DNA of 64,000 nt from Klebsormidium nitens (lineage: Eukaryota > Plantae > Klebsormidiophyceae): the NCBI GenBank assembly GCA_000708835.1, contig DF236959.1, positions 102,938 to 166,937 on the forward strand, given 5' to 3'. Each line of letters begins with the position of its first letter. The first letter of the stretch is position 1. Below the pieces are notes generated by a model, which saw only the letters and a list, made by a program, of their open reading frames with translations, was not told where the DNA came from and made no database searches. The position numbers were made by a program, and so were the translations under genes. Positions 27,301 through 38,321 of the stretch are shown here, piece after piece.

Positions 27301-30300
27301 CGAAGGGTGTTTTTTGGCCAATTCTCGGCTTAAGCCGATGCTCTTTCATTGCTGCAGAGCTGCCTGGTCTGGGTCGCTTGACGATCTCGGGCAAAGTGGC
27401 GGAGGGCCAGATGCTGACGGCGCTGGAGGACCTCCCGGGCGGCGATAAGCAGCAGGACCTCTGGCGGCGCTTCAAAAAGGAGATCAAGTATCAATGGTGA
27501 GCCGCCGAAAGGCGACCCGATTGCATACAGTCCCTGTGTACGACTGCGCGTATATATCGGCTGCCGCCACGGCGAGTACTCGTCGACTTCCAGTGTCCCG
27601 AAGAGCTGTTTCTGGCCAAGTGAGTTCTGCCCAGCAACAGTAAAGACGTTCTGATAGCCGCTTCTATTTCGATACGCCCTCTCAAGGAGCCAGGGCTTTG
27701 ACAATTTGGATCGGTTCCGGGAGCAGCACGTTTTCCTGCTGCCATCCGAACCCTGGTGTTACCTCCCCACAAACACCCCCTGGATCCCAAACCCTAAAAT
27801 CGTAACCCCTTTCTCAGGTCTCGCTCCGCCCCCGGTTCCCCCGAGCACTTTTCCCCGCTGCCGGCGCAGCGCTCCGTGAGCTACAAGGTGCGTCTGGATG
27901 ACGTCGGCCGCCACCTCAAGTGCGAGTGCACGGTCGTCGACGTCTTTGGCCGCGCAGCGCCGCCCGTCGCGTGCGTGACCGACGTCGTCAAAGCAGGTAA
28001 GCAGCCGCCATATGGTCTTGCAATCCTTTTCTGTGATGGGCGAGTGGCGCAATGAAATGGAATGGGTTGGTGAGGGGAAAGGGCTTGGCACCTTTGCATC
28101 GCTGCAGTCACTTAGGAACGGAAGTTGGGCATTACGGCAAGTGGTTCTCACCCTGCTTTCAGTGGATTGTTGATCACTCTGATTTTCCGCAAGCTGTTTG
28201 GTGGTTCCGAGTTTGCATAGTCCGCCCTATGGTTTGTCAAATTGAGTATCTGGCGACCTCGTTTCCTTCGTTCTGCAAACCTCCACTATCTTACGATTGC
28301 AACGAATTGCTTCCTGATCAGTTCCGATCGAACAGTGCCACGGTGACGAGCAAAGAAAAAGGTAGCCTCTGTGTCTGACCTTCTCTGCCTTTGCGCAGCC
28401 GAGCCGAAGATCGAACGGCTTCAAGTCGACGGCCGGGGTTTTCACACCAGCACATACGCGGTCAGAGGGACGTACAGTGGGGGGCGGGAGGGAAAGAGCG
28501 TCATCCAGTGGTTCCGGGCGTCGGGAGCCAAACCGAACGAGGACCTCACACCGATCCCAGGTGCGACAAAAGGTTCTTAAGAGAGTAAAAACGGACAAAA
28601 AAGGGAAAGATGAATGAGTATGGCACGAAGGGTCTTGCCAGGCGTGGCCTTTCTTATAACGGTGCAGGCGGATCGTAGATGTAAATGTTATCCAAGGCGT
28701 CCTGCAGACGCTCTAATTCCGTTACACTCGCCTGTGCGTATCCTCAAAGCCAAACCTCAGTGAACCCGAGCTTTTTGGTCCCTCTTCCTTACTAGTTATT
28801 TTGAAATTCAAGAATGTGAAGCACTCTCTCATAACGTTCAGTGCACTTTTGAAGTGTACAGGCAGGCGCTGTTGGATCTGTGCGTAGAGCTACTACCTGA
28901 ACTGCAAACGCGGACCTCTAACCTCAAGTTATTAACGCTTCAACTTTCAACCAACAAAGCGGTTCAGCGAATCCTGACCCGTGAGACGTCTCTTCTCGCA
29001 GACGCCACCGGCCCAATGCACAAAGCGCAGCTTGGGATGTGAACACGCGCCTCGCCACTCGTTACATGCCCGTACATCGCCGTAACCCGTTTCGAATTTG
29101 CCTCAGCAGAGACCCTAATTCTATACTGGGTCAGCAAACCCTGAGCTTAACCTGACTCATTCTGCAGGCGCCACCAGTGCAACGCGTGAAGCGCAGCTCG
29201 ACACCATGGGCACGCACCTAAGCCGCGCGCTGATCAAACCTCTAACTCCGTCTCTAACCTCCTAGGGTTCAGCATAGTCCAAACCCTAAACGGTGTCGCA
29301 AACCCTGAACTTGAACCCGTCTCGTTCCGCAGGCGCCACCGGCCCAGTACGAGGTGCAATGCGACTACGTAGGCGAGCGCCTGCATGGCCCGCTCCTCAA
29401 GCCCATTGATCTCCCTAACCCGAGTCCTAACCCCAAATGCTAAAAGCTGCAGCAAGTCTCAAGCATTGAATGCTAAAAAGCAAACCCTGAAGTTTAACTC
29501 GTCTCGCTCCACAGGCGCCACCTGCCCAGGGTACGAAGCGCAGCTCGACGACGTGGCTCGCGCCTGGCCGCCCTGCCGAAGCCCACGCAATTCTCTACTC
29601 CAACTTCTAACCCCAAATATAAAATCACAAACCTCGAACGCTTGGGGAAATACTGTACAGTAACCCGTCTTGATCCGCAGGTGCCACCGGCCCAGTGTAC
29701 GAAGCGCAGCTTGATGACGTGGGCTCGCGCCTGGCCGCGCGCTACACGCCCGTCCGAGACGACGGCGCGGTTGGCGAGCCGGTCATCGTCCTCACGGCGC
29801 CGATCGCTGTGGACCCGGAAGTCGCTCGGGAGGTGAGACTTTCTCCCCTTTTTAGTTTTTGTAGACAAAGTTGCACGGGAGGTAAAACACTTTGCAATTG
29901 CTATGCGCTTTTTGGATCATTTCGCCCCAGGATTTCTACACACAGTCTTGTCCTACCAACCAATTCGAGAAGAGCAGGGGTTGTTTCTGCAGAAGTGTTA
30001 CGATTGGCGAAATGCTTACGTTTCTCACGGAGCATTCTTCCTCAAGCCTTGAGCGCCTGCAACCTCTGCGTAGGGCGTTTTGGTCGTCGTTTACAGCCAG
30101 AATCGTTGTCAGTCTGAATCGTTGTTCCATGTTTCTTAACGAAAATGGACCGGTTGTTTAGAAGTTTTTTGCGGGGTCTAAGCAAGACCGAACCTGCACA
30201 GCTGCAGCCGGGCAGCAGAATCGTGAGCCTGCTTGCCGGATGGTCACTTCCAAGGAAAAGAGTACGTATCCTCCATATCCGCCGTTCTGGATCATCAAAT

Positions 30301-31595
30301 ACTCCGGATGCACAAGACGCAGAACGACAATATCCTACGTTTCCAGGTGAAAAACATTCTCGACGGTGGGGCCGCCAAGTTCGAGACGGGCGCTGGGGCG
30401 GAACGGCGAGTGGTGGACGTTAACCGGAAACGGATCAAGGTGGTGCGCCCGGGGCTGAGCAAGGCGTCGTTTTCGACTGTGGAGGTTAAGGGAACCTACG
30501 CGCCGCCGTTCAAGGTGAGGGCACTGGGGTTCTGGGGTTTTTGTGATTTGCTGGAAAGAGCCTGAAAGAGGAGACCGAGGGCAGAGTTTGGTTTGGAATT
30601 GGTTCGAGGCGTCAGGAGATCGAGGATTGAGAGGTTTGCGGGAGGAACCTGAAAGAGGACTGGGTGAGGTGTAGACTGGCTTGAGGCGCCGGGTATCACA
30701 ACAATTCAGGGTTTGCGGGAAGAGCCCGCAGGAAGAGCCTAGAAAAGGAAACCATGCCTGGATGGACGTATAGATTAGGATTGGAAATCTCATGCATCGT
30801 TTTGGGTTGAGACTGTTGTGGACGGAAGCAAGAGAGAAAGGTCGTGTTCAGCTGAAGGGATCTACGCGCTTTGTTTAGTAAGGCAGAGAAGAGGGCTGAT
30901 GTCTCATCGTAGTTCCTTCATCAAAATCCTCCGTGAATTGAGAAATGCGTGGAACCGAAGCAGTGAGCGTACACTGGTACTGCGCCAGGCGACAAGAGCC
31001 TCTGCTGGCCCATTTTGGATCGTCACAATAGCAGGTGATGGGGTCGGAGTCATGGACTACCCGAGCTTGCATTGGGTGTCTGAAATCTGTTTCAGCTCTG
31101 CCTTCTACCGAAACGCGACACTCTCCACGGTGTTTGAAAGCACGTCTTGCTCTGCGAAATGCAGATTCGAACCTCGCTCTTGTTACTGCTTTCGCTCAAG
31201 CATCCTAAGGAGCTAAATTTCAAAATATCGTTGAGCACGAACCTCTTTTTAACAGCCCAAAAGAAGGACGCGGAGGATATACGCTGATAGTGTGCATCCT
31301 TCTACAAAGTCAAGACCGCAAGTGCGAACGCCCCAGTTGCTCTAGCGCGTCACATCTGGACAACATAAGCATTGAACCTAGTGTCCTTTGACGGCCTTCC
31401 CTGCTCGGGTTTATAAACGACCTACTGATATGAGAGAAGACGTCCTCTTTTCAGGTGGAACTTTTTGGGGACGACCCGAACCGGCTCAAGATCGTCATCG
31501 ACGATGAGAACGACATTGAGTTGGTTGTGCACACGCGCAACACCCGTGACGTGATTGCTTTAGCTGTCCGAGGTTTCGCTCAACGCTTCCACTGA
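9364..31595 (+). CDS. AIR9: AIR9-like microtubule-associated protein (basic N-terminus, LRRs, 11 A9 Ig-like domains), about 1595 aa, 33 exons
   Basis: Exons 9364-9667, 10819-11054, 11478-11549, 11781-11846, 12219-12290, 12522-12587, 12887-12949, 13567-13632, 14052-14151, 14681-14782, 15722-15948, 16332-16446, 16820-16940, 17509-17684, 18127-18262, 18819-18973, 19465-19667, 20156-20270, 20834-20961, 21683-21851, 22441-22559, 22877-23045, 23957-24115, 24674-24793, 25253-25436, 25876-25997, 26621-26902, 27358-27496, 27818-27996, 28399-28560, 29681-29832, 30347-30514 and 31455-31595 sum to 4788 nt with consistent phases. LRRs include FVYLRHNRLQSLEGIEVL and QLFLAGNQLQSLTSLPQLPNLE. A9 repeats follow the pattern (GGxEGxSxxxW..Y..DVG..L....TP.R.DG). 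The C-terminus VELFGDDPNRLKIVIDDENDIELVVHTRNTRDVIAL is typical of AIR9. The first two exons are the least certain. Confidence 0.93.
12950..13566 (+). other. GC-AG intron in AIR9
   Basis: LRR exon 12887-12949 ends GAG|GCAAGT. This donor keeps the phase-0, one-LRR-per-exon pattern and joins in frame to VLAASNN at 13567. Confidence 0.75.
23600..24115 (+). repeat. Tandem array of acceptor plus 5'-exon copies upstream of the AIR9 A9-7 exon
   Basis: cctt(c/g)c(a/g)g|G(C/T)CC(A/G)CCGCAGTGCGAG..GCCGTCGAAG occurs at 23685 (acceptor mutated to CGG), at 23801 (intact AG, stop TAG after about 36 codons) and at 23957 (functional exon). A more decayed fragment lies near 23620-23660. Confidence 0.9.
24080..24480 (+). 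repeat. Tandem array of 3'-exon plus donor copies downstream of the same AIR9 exon
   Basis: The core (a/g)cggtcgtcagcaac occurs at 24097, 24190, 24274, 24384 and 24464. The first four copies are preceded by gcaggacgg.a..gac. The donors decay outward: AG|GTGAG, AG|GTGTG, GG|GTGAG, then lost. Confidence 0.9.
28990..29760 (+). repeat. Five-unit, about 166-bp tandem array of acceptor plus 5'-exon copies; the last unit is the functional AIR9 exon
   Basis: cag|(G/A)(T/C)GCCACC.. followed by a gaagcgcagct-like core starts at 29002, 29168, 29333, 29515 and 29681 (spacings 166, 165, 182, 166). Only 29681 keeps the intact A9 frame GATGPVYEAQLDDVGSRLAARYTPVRDDG. Confidence 0.9.
30540..30760 (+). repeat. 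Degenerate purine-rich minisatellite in the last AIR9 intron
   Basis: tttgc(t/g)gga..ga(g/a)cct(a)gaaa(g/a)gga recurs near 30548, 30635 and 30713-30750. Confidence 0.5.
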
Positions 31596-32539
31596 GACTG
31601 TAGTGCACTAAAAGCACTAATCACATGCTTCGAGTACTAATATGAGTCAAAGTGAGAGTATGTATCTTCGGTAGAGCAGAGCAGAGAATAAAACAGCCCA
31701 CTTGAACCGTCGTAGGTAGTGAGTGAAGCGGGAAAGCTAATACGCGTAGGCTGATACTAAGCTAGAATCCACGTATGTAAGGACGGGAATTAGATGCAGC
31801 CGTCGAGATCTTGTGCCTTGTGTGTGATCGATCATTGGGGATAAGCGTGTATCCTTCCTCCGACTGGACACAGGCCGTTTGGCCGCACTTTGGCGGCCCT
31901 CACATGGGTCCGAGTCGATGCGCGATCGATGCATGGTGTATAGCAGCCTCTGATCGAGCTCTAAATGATCGATTCATGTGACTGAGCTCTCGAGTATAGT
32001 ATAGAAATTTACGGTGAAATTCCACCTGGTAAATCTGAAACGTAGGCCGCGGCTGCCGCGCCCCCGCGGTGCGCGACTCACACGAGCGCGGGGGCCGCCC
32101 GCGACGCGGAATCTGAGCTAGGAATTGAAAACTCGTACGGTAGTACGTCAGCGGCCGGTGCACATGTACTCAGATGATCACGTGCCGGTCCGCCCATTTT
32201 CATACGTGCCTGGTCGGACAATTCGACGGCGACGTACATCGGACGGGGGTTACCTGTGTAACTTGTTGATTAAAGTTGTAACAATCTAAGTTGGCATATG
32301 GGGCCGGTCGGACGGCGTTTTCTAGCTCAGAGCCTCGGACTAATTCAGGAATATTATAAGCGGCAGGTATGAGCAAGTTCGTCAGCCTGGGACGGGTGGG
32401 GTTAGTCTGGGGGTCAGGGTGGGTACGTGTGCGGAGCAGGTAGATAGTTGGGTTAAGGTTTTAGTTTTCGTTGCAGCTTACAATACCGGCGGCTCTTATG
32501 ATTTATCATACCTAAATTAGTCCGTCACCTCAAATAATG

Positions 32540-32970
32540 GTGTTGAAGAAGGGCTCCTGGGCTTGTAAGTTGTACGGAAAACCCGCACCTGCAGTAAGTG
32601 CAACGCAGATGCATCATGCGACAGCCTCCGAGGATTTTTTTGGAGTGACCGGGGGTTGAATATCTTAATACAGTCGCCTATGGCCCATGGGGCCTGGGGC
32701 CTGGGCCATGTCAACCAGTACCGGTATCGTTAAACTGAGGAGCCTCGAGCAGATAATATCGTGTTGAAGAAAGGCTTGTACGGAAAACTCGCACCTGCAT
32801 TGAAGGCAACGCAGATGCATCATGCGGCAGCCTAAGAATGCTGCCGCATGATGCATTTGCGTTGCATCTCAGCATGAATTGAGGATCGAACAGTCAGAAG
32901 TTTGAACACGTAGGCTGTCACATGATGCATCTGCGTTGCATTTACTGCGCATGAATTCGGAACAGTGATC
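32540..32970. repeat. Nested inverted and direct repeat (foldback) element, MITE-like or hairpin-RNA-like
   Basis: An inner 25-bp stem 32807-32831/32840-32864 has 1 mismatch and an 8-nt loop. An outer 37-bp inverted repeat 32591-32627/32912-32948 has 2 mismatches. The flanks are duplicated directly: gtgttgaagaa..ttgtacggaaaac.cgcacctgca at 32540 and 32761. Confidence 0.85.
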
Positions 32971-33428
32971 AAAACAGCTAGCTAGCCTCTACTGCAGATC
33001 ATGTGTATGATGCAGCTCCGGATGCTGCTGAAAGGAGTACTTACTAGCGACTCGCCATGCATGATCAAATTGATCTTTAAACAAGAGGGACAGAAAGGAC
33101 CCCGGAGGGCGTCCGGGGCCAGGCAGGCATTGCGAGGGCCGGGCCAACTGCACATGTGTAGATTGCAGCTTTGCAGGAGGCAGCGTTGCATTGAGCTCAG
33201 GAGGCTTGTTGCTTTCCGCACAGCCTTCCCAAAAGCGACACAGCTTGGCTACGGATAGCCAAGACTTCTGCAGCTAGTACAAGTGCGCAAAAACATCAGT
33301 TTCTGCAGAGCGTTGGCGAAACTGCGTGTTTGGCGAGCATGATCAAGCACCTCCTCCGTTTAAGCTCTTGCTGCTTGAAGTCAAGGACCAACACCCTGCC
33401 CACTCTCCGTAGAGCTTTCCTTTCAAAA

Positions 33429-36400
33429 ATGTCGTCGGCGCCTTCTATCCCCGGGAAACGGGGCTATTTGCCTCAGGCGTGCGAAACTGGGGGGGATTTT
33501 TGGGGATTGTTGACGCAAGTGTCAGCACCAGGTTGCCTGCTGGTCATGATGGCCAGTCTGGGAGCTTTGCTGGTGTTAAGCGCCTACTTTGTTGCTCAGG
33601 GCATTCTCAGCCGCACAAGGAGGTGCGAGAAGGATCCAAAAGAAAGGAGGCCTCAGGCGGTTCCTGTTTACACCTGCGGCGTTCCTTTGTTCGGGCCGGC
33701 GCTGAGGTTCCTATTTGCGCCAGACAAAGTGTTGCGGGACGCGAATTCAAAGCACAAGTCTGCTTTTGCGCTGCTGCTCCCTTTCAAGAGCCGGCTCATC
33801 TTCATAACAGGACCACAAGCGACCAGGTGAGCTTAAGATTGCTTTTGTTGTAGAGTCAGCAAGCAGATTGTCAGCTCCTCACTACTCTTAATGGATACTT
33901 GAGCATAGTGCTTGTAGAGAAGTTGACTTGTTTGACAATACCAGCTGAATAATATGAATCTGACTCAAAATTCCTCTGCTGTGCGACCTCCTGTCCTCGA
34001 CGGTTCTTGAGGACGGGTCTTGTTGCAAAACTTATCGTGTGTTCAATTTGAAAGCGATCTCAGCGGCCCTTGTAATCATGGAGGCACGGCCTCAAGCAAG
34101 GGAAGTTCAAAAGCTATGGACTACCGTTCCTGCAAGCTGCAATGCTCATTTCTGACTCGTGCATTATGCAGTCTAAAGATAGGGTCATGCCGCGTCTCTG
34201 AAGGAAAGATTACAATCGCCAGCACCTTCTGGTCCCCTTCGATTATTGAAGCACCTCTTGGATCATCTGACTGTCAGCTGGGCTCTAGAAGTTGTCGATC
34301 AACCAGAACGGAGCCTGCAATGGTCACACTCAGTTGAAGCCATAAGAGGCAAGGGACGTTTATCATTGCTCTGGGCAGTTTTCATTGCTTCACTGCCAAC
34401 ATATCTATCTCTTGTGGTAATTCTGGAAAGTCATATTTGGGTGTTAACTTGGTTCACACACCATGCTGTCAGCATATGGTTGTTTGGGGTCTGAGAGATC
34501 TGACACCAGTGACTATCTCCTTGGGAGAATCAGGATACTTTAACACAAAAAGGTTCAGTGAGCATCTTCAGTTGATTGGCATTTAGGGTCAGCCAGCATA
34601 TTCTGGAGGTCTAGCGGAGACTTGGGCAGCATAGATTAAGCTCAAACCCTTCTTTGGCAACTGGATCTGTTGGATCCGCAATACACACTGTATAAAGGGA
34701 TGTTATTGAAATTCAGCCAGTCACAAAAACAGGCTTTTTACCGTCTGCCGAAAGCAAAACCTTGACGTAACCCACTCCTGACCAGCCTTAACCAGCATGA
34801 AAATCTGTAGCAAACCTCTTCAGGTGGTTCTTCAACGCGGCTGGCGCCCATGGCTCGACTTCCAGGGACCACGACCTAGACCTCGCAGACGCGATTGCGG
34901 ACCTGATCCCTCCGTACATGTTTGGCACAAAAGTGATGGATCATGCGCCTTACAGCAAGTACGTTGCGCATGGACTTGGGATGCACGCAAGGTAAGGCGC
35001 ACCCTCTGCTTGAAAGGGTGCGGAAGAGACCAGAAATTGACATTCACAGGTTCAGAAAGAAGTGATCTGTAAGATGAGCTGCGCATGTTTCAGGTGTGAA
35101 GTACATGACACTGTGTTCGTCACGTCCTGATGGGTATGAGCTCGCAGCTCTCAGATTCTGTCTCAGTTTGGGCTCTAAAATGGCCTGGGTTGTATCCTGC
35201 TCTGTGGAAAGCATCTATTTTGGAGGGCCTGATAACACGGTAACCGACCAGAACGGAACTTTTTATTTCTCGAAACTGGAACAGCTTGCTCAAGAACGCG
35301 TGGTACTTTCCCACTATGCTAGACGGTGTAATATGAACCTCTATCCCAAGGCTATCCAGCGCAGTTGCCAGGGACTGCGTTATATTTGCTGCCCAGCCCA
35401 ACTTTCAAGCAGGGATGTGTGCTGAGTTCCCCCGCTCGTTCTTCTCACTCCAGCTCAAAAACCCATTTTTCGATTGTTCAGACTTCCCGGCCTTGTGCCT
35501 TCAAGGACTTTCACTCAAAAACTCTATATATCTGAATGATTGAAATTACGTTATCTGGTATAATGATCAGGCACGATTCACCAGACCACTCCATCCTGCT
35601 TCCAGAGACCCGAGGACCACTCAACATTTTGACTAGGTTCGTCGGCATTGCCTAGGCTGCCCCAAAAGTCAAAAAGGGTCGACGCAGCTTCAAAATAGTG
35701 CACTTCTCGTCCTTCTCTTTCCCCGCGTTATCATATCAGCGACTGTTCCCCTCTTCCCGATTCTTGATTACCGATCACGTCATATCCACCAAGTTCGTCC
35801 CTGTTTTTCACTGTCCGAGCTTGTATTCCGTTCGTTTCAGGCTCCGCGCTTATGTTGCCGCACTAGGAGGCCACGTGGACCGCCGCCTCGCATCCTGGGC
35901 TCAGGCTGACGTCATCGACCTCTTCCGCGAGTCCTCTCGCCTGGTGATGTCCCTGATGATCAGGCTCGTTTTCGGGGAAGACGTCGAAGCGCGCTTCCCG
36001 GAACTAGGGGACCTTTACTTCGATTTCGATACTTTGGCCACCAATCCGGCGGTCATGCTGGTGCCGTGGTGCGTCAGCCCTCTCGGCCGACGTTTCCAAC
36101 ATGCGAGGTGAGGACCTCCCGTTCGTGATTGGGGCGGAGGCCGGTTTTGACCGGGTCTAGGTCGCTTTTTGTGTTGCTCTTTCACCTTTTCTTGCCTGAG
36201 GTTCAACAGTATGATGAGCATTCTTGAAGTGCTGCACTCGTCGCCGCTCAAAGGTCTGCTAACGCTTCCATCGTACCAGAAAAACTAGTGGAGAGTGGAG
36301 ATAGAACGGACTGGACAACGAGAAAACGTTGTCTTTTCTTCCGACGCCCAGAGGCGATGTAGATGCTTGGATCCAGAGGCCGTCTCACGCGTTCAAATTC

Positions 36401-38321
36401 GATCCATTGCACAGCTGTGGCACGCAGTGGCACAACGTCAGACAAGCGTTAAGTCAAGATAGTCGTCTGGACGATCCTATCGTTTTGCAAAGATATCCAG
36501 GATCTCTTGAACGGGAATAAAACGCATTTCGTGTCACGTGGTTCAGAACACATTGCGGGTACGTACCCGACGTATCTTCCAAGCGCTGCTTACGTGGCAT
36601 CGCGTCTGCAGGGATCAGATTGAGGCCATCATAACGACTGTGGTAACGGAGCGGCTGGCGGAACGGAACGGAAAAGAGCGGAAGGCGGAACGGATGGACG
36701 TCCTCCAATACCTCATTGAGGCTCGAGCCGAGCAGAGGGATCCGGAGCCACTCGTCAAAGTGCTGATGATAGTCCTCTTTGCTGGCCACGCCAACACGGT
36801 ACGTCACGTACGGTTTGAAAGCTCCTGAAGCTAGCTGGCCGAAGGCAACGGATTTGTTACGCAGGGATGTCTTTCTATTCGTGTGACGTTTTCGTGGCTT
36901 GCTTGGCGCGCGGGAGAACTGAGGGTCGGGCAGCTATCTTTGCAATGAGACGAAACCAACAAGATATCAGCTGTGCACTTTCACCGGATGTAGAAGAGAT
37001 ATCCAAATATGAATCTCGCAGACGTAGAGTCGTCTTATATTCTTCTGGGTTGCTTGTAGCCTTGCGAGTCGCGATCATGGTGTAAGCAATCTTGACGCGC
37101 TCGCAGGACAGAAGTCGTCCGTTAACTTTGATCCCCACTTTTGACAACAGCCTTAGGTTACGGTCACGGTCTCGCTTAGCTTCCTGCGGTTGAAACAATG
37201 TTCGTCAAATATTTTGTCAGTGTTGAAACAGGTTGGAAACCTGAGTTGGACGATTGCCAACGTGGTTGCGAACGACGATTTGAAGCGAGAGGTATGCGCA
37301 GAAGTGCGGTCGCCGGGCCATCCGTTTAACCGGACGGCGGCCGCCGGTGGCGACCTCGTGGCGGCCGGCCTGTCGACCGCCGAGAACAGAAATGAGCTGT
37401 CGCTCCTGGAGAAGTGCATGCGGGAGGTGAATCGATTCTACAGTACGTTGTACTTGGTCAGAAAGGTAGGTAATATAACTTGGGTATGCAGGTTGATTTG
37501 TACAAAAGGGCAAATGCCCTTAGTGGCACAAGCGCCAGCGCAATTCAGGTCGCCGCAATCACAAACTCGAAAAGAACAGATCGAGTATATACAAGAGGAC
37601 AATGTCGAACCGCGCTATGCACAATTCTGTCAAAGAATCCGGTCGTCCTGTCCTACTGTTCCCGCTGACTGAATAGTCGAATTGGGACCGAGCGTGCAGT
37701 CAGCTGGTCAATCCAGATATAGCTGTGTGCAGACAGAAACTGCGAAGCCCCTTAAAAAACGCGATTGGACGAAGGCCTTTCAATGCTACTTAGAATGGAT
37801 TCTCAGTCGCTGGCAGTAACCTCAAATACGATCAGCAATTTACCGAAAACCTGCTTTCTCATTCAATCTCACTCAGTCGGGTGCTTGAAAGGAAGCTGCC
37901 ACGGATTCTTTCTTTGACTCATGCTAGTGTCTCTTCGCAGGTACGAAAAGCGTGTTGCATCGAAGGGCACTCCCTGCCCAAAGGCGCCATCGTGGCCGTC
38001 AGTCCGTTACTCACCCACTTCGACGAGGCCACATTTGAAGCCCCCAACACGTTCAACCCGCACCGCTTCACGAAGTCAAAGCTTGAGACGCTCATAGCAG
38101 ATGGCACTTACATAGCGTTTGGGAGGGGCAGGCACCAGTGTCCAGGGAAGCGTCTCGTTCACACTGTCCTGCACCTGATTTGGGCAACTTTATTCAGAGA
38201 GTATGACGTCAAAATGGAGAATGAAACGGTACCCGGGCCAAACTACGTGGGCGCAATTGGGGCGCCGACGCCTAGTCAAGTCATACGGTTGGTCGTGCGC
38301 AAGCGGAGTGAGTCCCATTAG
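33429..38321 (+). CDS. Cytochrome P450, divergent CYP51/CYP7-like (E-class group IV type)
   Basis: Exons 33429 (or 33546)-33826, 34824-34991, 35841-36107, 36612-36798, 37232-37465 and 37941-38321 are phase-consistent. Motifs: N-terminal TM (MMASLGALLVLSAYFVAQGIL), GVPLFGPALRF, I-helix LFAGHANT, K-helix EVNR, FNPHRF and heme motif FGRGRHQCPG. The start codon is uncertain. Confidence 0.93.

Noticed and set aside
27789-29300. Telomere-like AAACCCTAAA motifs (27789, 29281) as an interstitial telomere
   Set aside because: These are isolated or degenerate single units, not a tandem telomeric tract. They are noted only as part of the array spacers.
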